50,754 bases of DNA from Vermamoeba vermiformis (Eukaryota): contig JBEWZL010000082.1 in assembly GCA_045837725.1 (NCBI GenBank), positions 1 to 50,754 on the forward strand, in the 5' to 3' direction. Position numbers and translations under genes: made by a program. Positions 49,433 to 50,754 of this stretch are shown here, in pieces (the first letter of the stretch is position 1; each line of letters begins with the position of its first letter). The notes beneath the pieces were generated by a model that worked only from the letters and a program-made list of their open reading frames with translations, was not told the origin of the DNA and did not search any database.

Positions 49433-50754
49433 ATGTCATCAAGGGTTTGTAAACCTGGCACGATTTGCCTGCAATTGGCTAAATACTAACCTCTTTCTAT
49501 TTTCGCAGGGAAAAATAAGCAGGAAAAGAATCAGAGAGGATTTAGAAGAGCGCCAAAATAAAAAACAAAAAGTTGCCCACGGATCTACGACAGAAATTTT
49601 AATAAATATCTCAGATATCCCAATTGAATGCCTAGAGGTTATATTGAAGGCCGTCCCCTTGGAATCCGCAGTCCCATTATTTTTTGTTTCAAGAACTGGA
49701 GGAGAATTTATTGCGGCCTTTTATACCGTAAAATCTCAACGGATTTAGGTAAATAACATTGAAAATATAGTCCGCATTAATCGGAATTATAGGGCTTCCT
49801 TTATCGAAGGCATTTTCTTTCCCCAACCAAGTGAAAAGAATTTACTCGAACATGGGTACGTGTATCTTGACCTCGTATTCTTTAACTAATCCATTATAAA
49901 GATATTTACGTACTACTGGAGCGTGCTATCGTTGCGGCAAAGGCAAGAGACTTCAGTTCACTTTTGGATCTGTCCACACGTTTAAAAGCTATCGAACATG
50001 ATCGTTTGTTTGGTGGACAACAAGAAGAAAAAAATGGATAAAAAGATTCGTACTTTGGTCGAACAGCATTGTAAATCACTAGTCTACACAGGTAATTTCT
50101 CTTCTAAATTTCGAATTGCGATCTGACTCGTGCAGGTTGGGAATCTGAGGTTGGCAGGTATAATGACGGTACAGATGGCGCTATTTCTAATATAGATCGT
50201 ATGTTGTATACATTACGTAGCTATAGCTTACGTTTGGATAGAGAAAATGTCGTTTTTTCTGGTTCGGATCCGAGGGCCATTACGTCCAAGCCAAGTGTCA
50301 CGACATTACGGGCTACGATCACGATGAGCAGGAGAGCTGGCGAAACCTTGAGTACGAGTTTTCATTGAAGAGCCTCAATAGTTCAACGACAAAGACTTTG
50401 AGCATCACTGCGGATGTAGATGATTGGGACCAGATCCATCCTTGGACAGACCAGAATGTGCGGCCAATCAAGAGATGGCTTGGCTTATTCGGAGTACCCA
50501 CTGCGGAGTTTGCTTTTATGTTCCCAACAATTGAGCGAAGCGATGCTTCGTATTCCACCAGCGATAACGACAGGCGTTACAGTCCCAGGGATTTAAACAA
50601 ATCAGAAGAGCGAAAATGGCGCGGAGATATCACCAATGAATTAGAACGAGTATTTAGAGTATTGTTGAATAACGAAACTGATTGGGCGAAAGAGATGGAA
50701 TTTGTAACGAATCGGATCAAAGTCAAATTGACACTTCTCGAAAGAATCAAGGTA
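49433..50754 (+). pseudogene. F-box-like gene, 3' truncated by the window, apparently frameshifted
   Basis: ISDIPIECLEVILKAVP...LFFVS followed by NWRR in another frame; splice signals present but no single spliced frame stays open (e.g. TAG 49746-49748). Confidence 0.5.

Noticed and set aside
1-50754. Prokaryotic systems (CRISPR arrays, operons), rRNA, spliceosomal snRNAs
   Set aside because: Spliceosomal gene structure throughout; no repeat-spacer arrays or conserved RNA signatures seen

Overview
Compact, intron-rich genome of a unicellular eukaryote (short GT-AG introns, mostly 45-200 bp, CTAAY branch points; amoebozoan-like, but the taxon cannot be fixed from sequence). Bases 2-6670 are a complete, very young Ty3/gypsy LTR retrotransposon on the minus strand: identical 159-bp LTRs, PBS, PPT, and gag and pol in the same frame separated by one UGA-C stop inside a hairpin, implying readthrough. 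It has inserted into the G4 (GTKxD) motif of a Rho/Rac GTPase gene. The rest holds 16 further host genes: ENPP, F-box/LRR, two C2-domain paralogs with a near-identical 3' tract, WNK kinase, eIF3m, NEDD1, four co-oriented predicted GPI-anchored surface genes (two pairs, with possibly bacterial-derived domains), a hypothetical membrane protein, CCT2, a GH31 glycosidase, a HIPL1/HHIP-like protein, a PPR-like protein and a frameshifted F-box-like gene. Non-coding signals: tandem GATC clusters in introns and intergenic DNA, a recurrent TGACACGTGTCA palindrome, and a possible structured RNA upstream of eIF3m. Gene spans are hand-spliced; internal exon boundaries are approximate.
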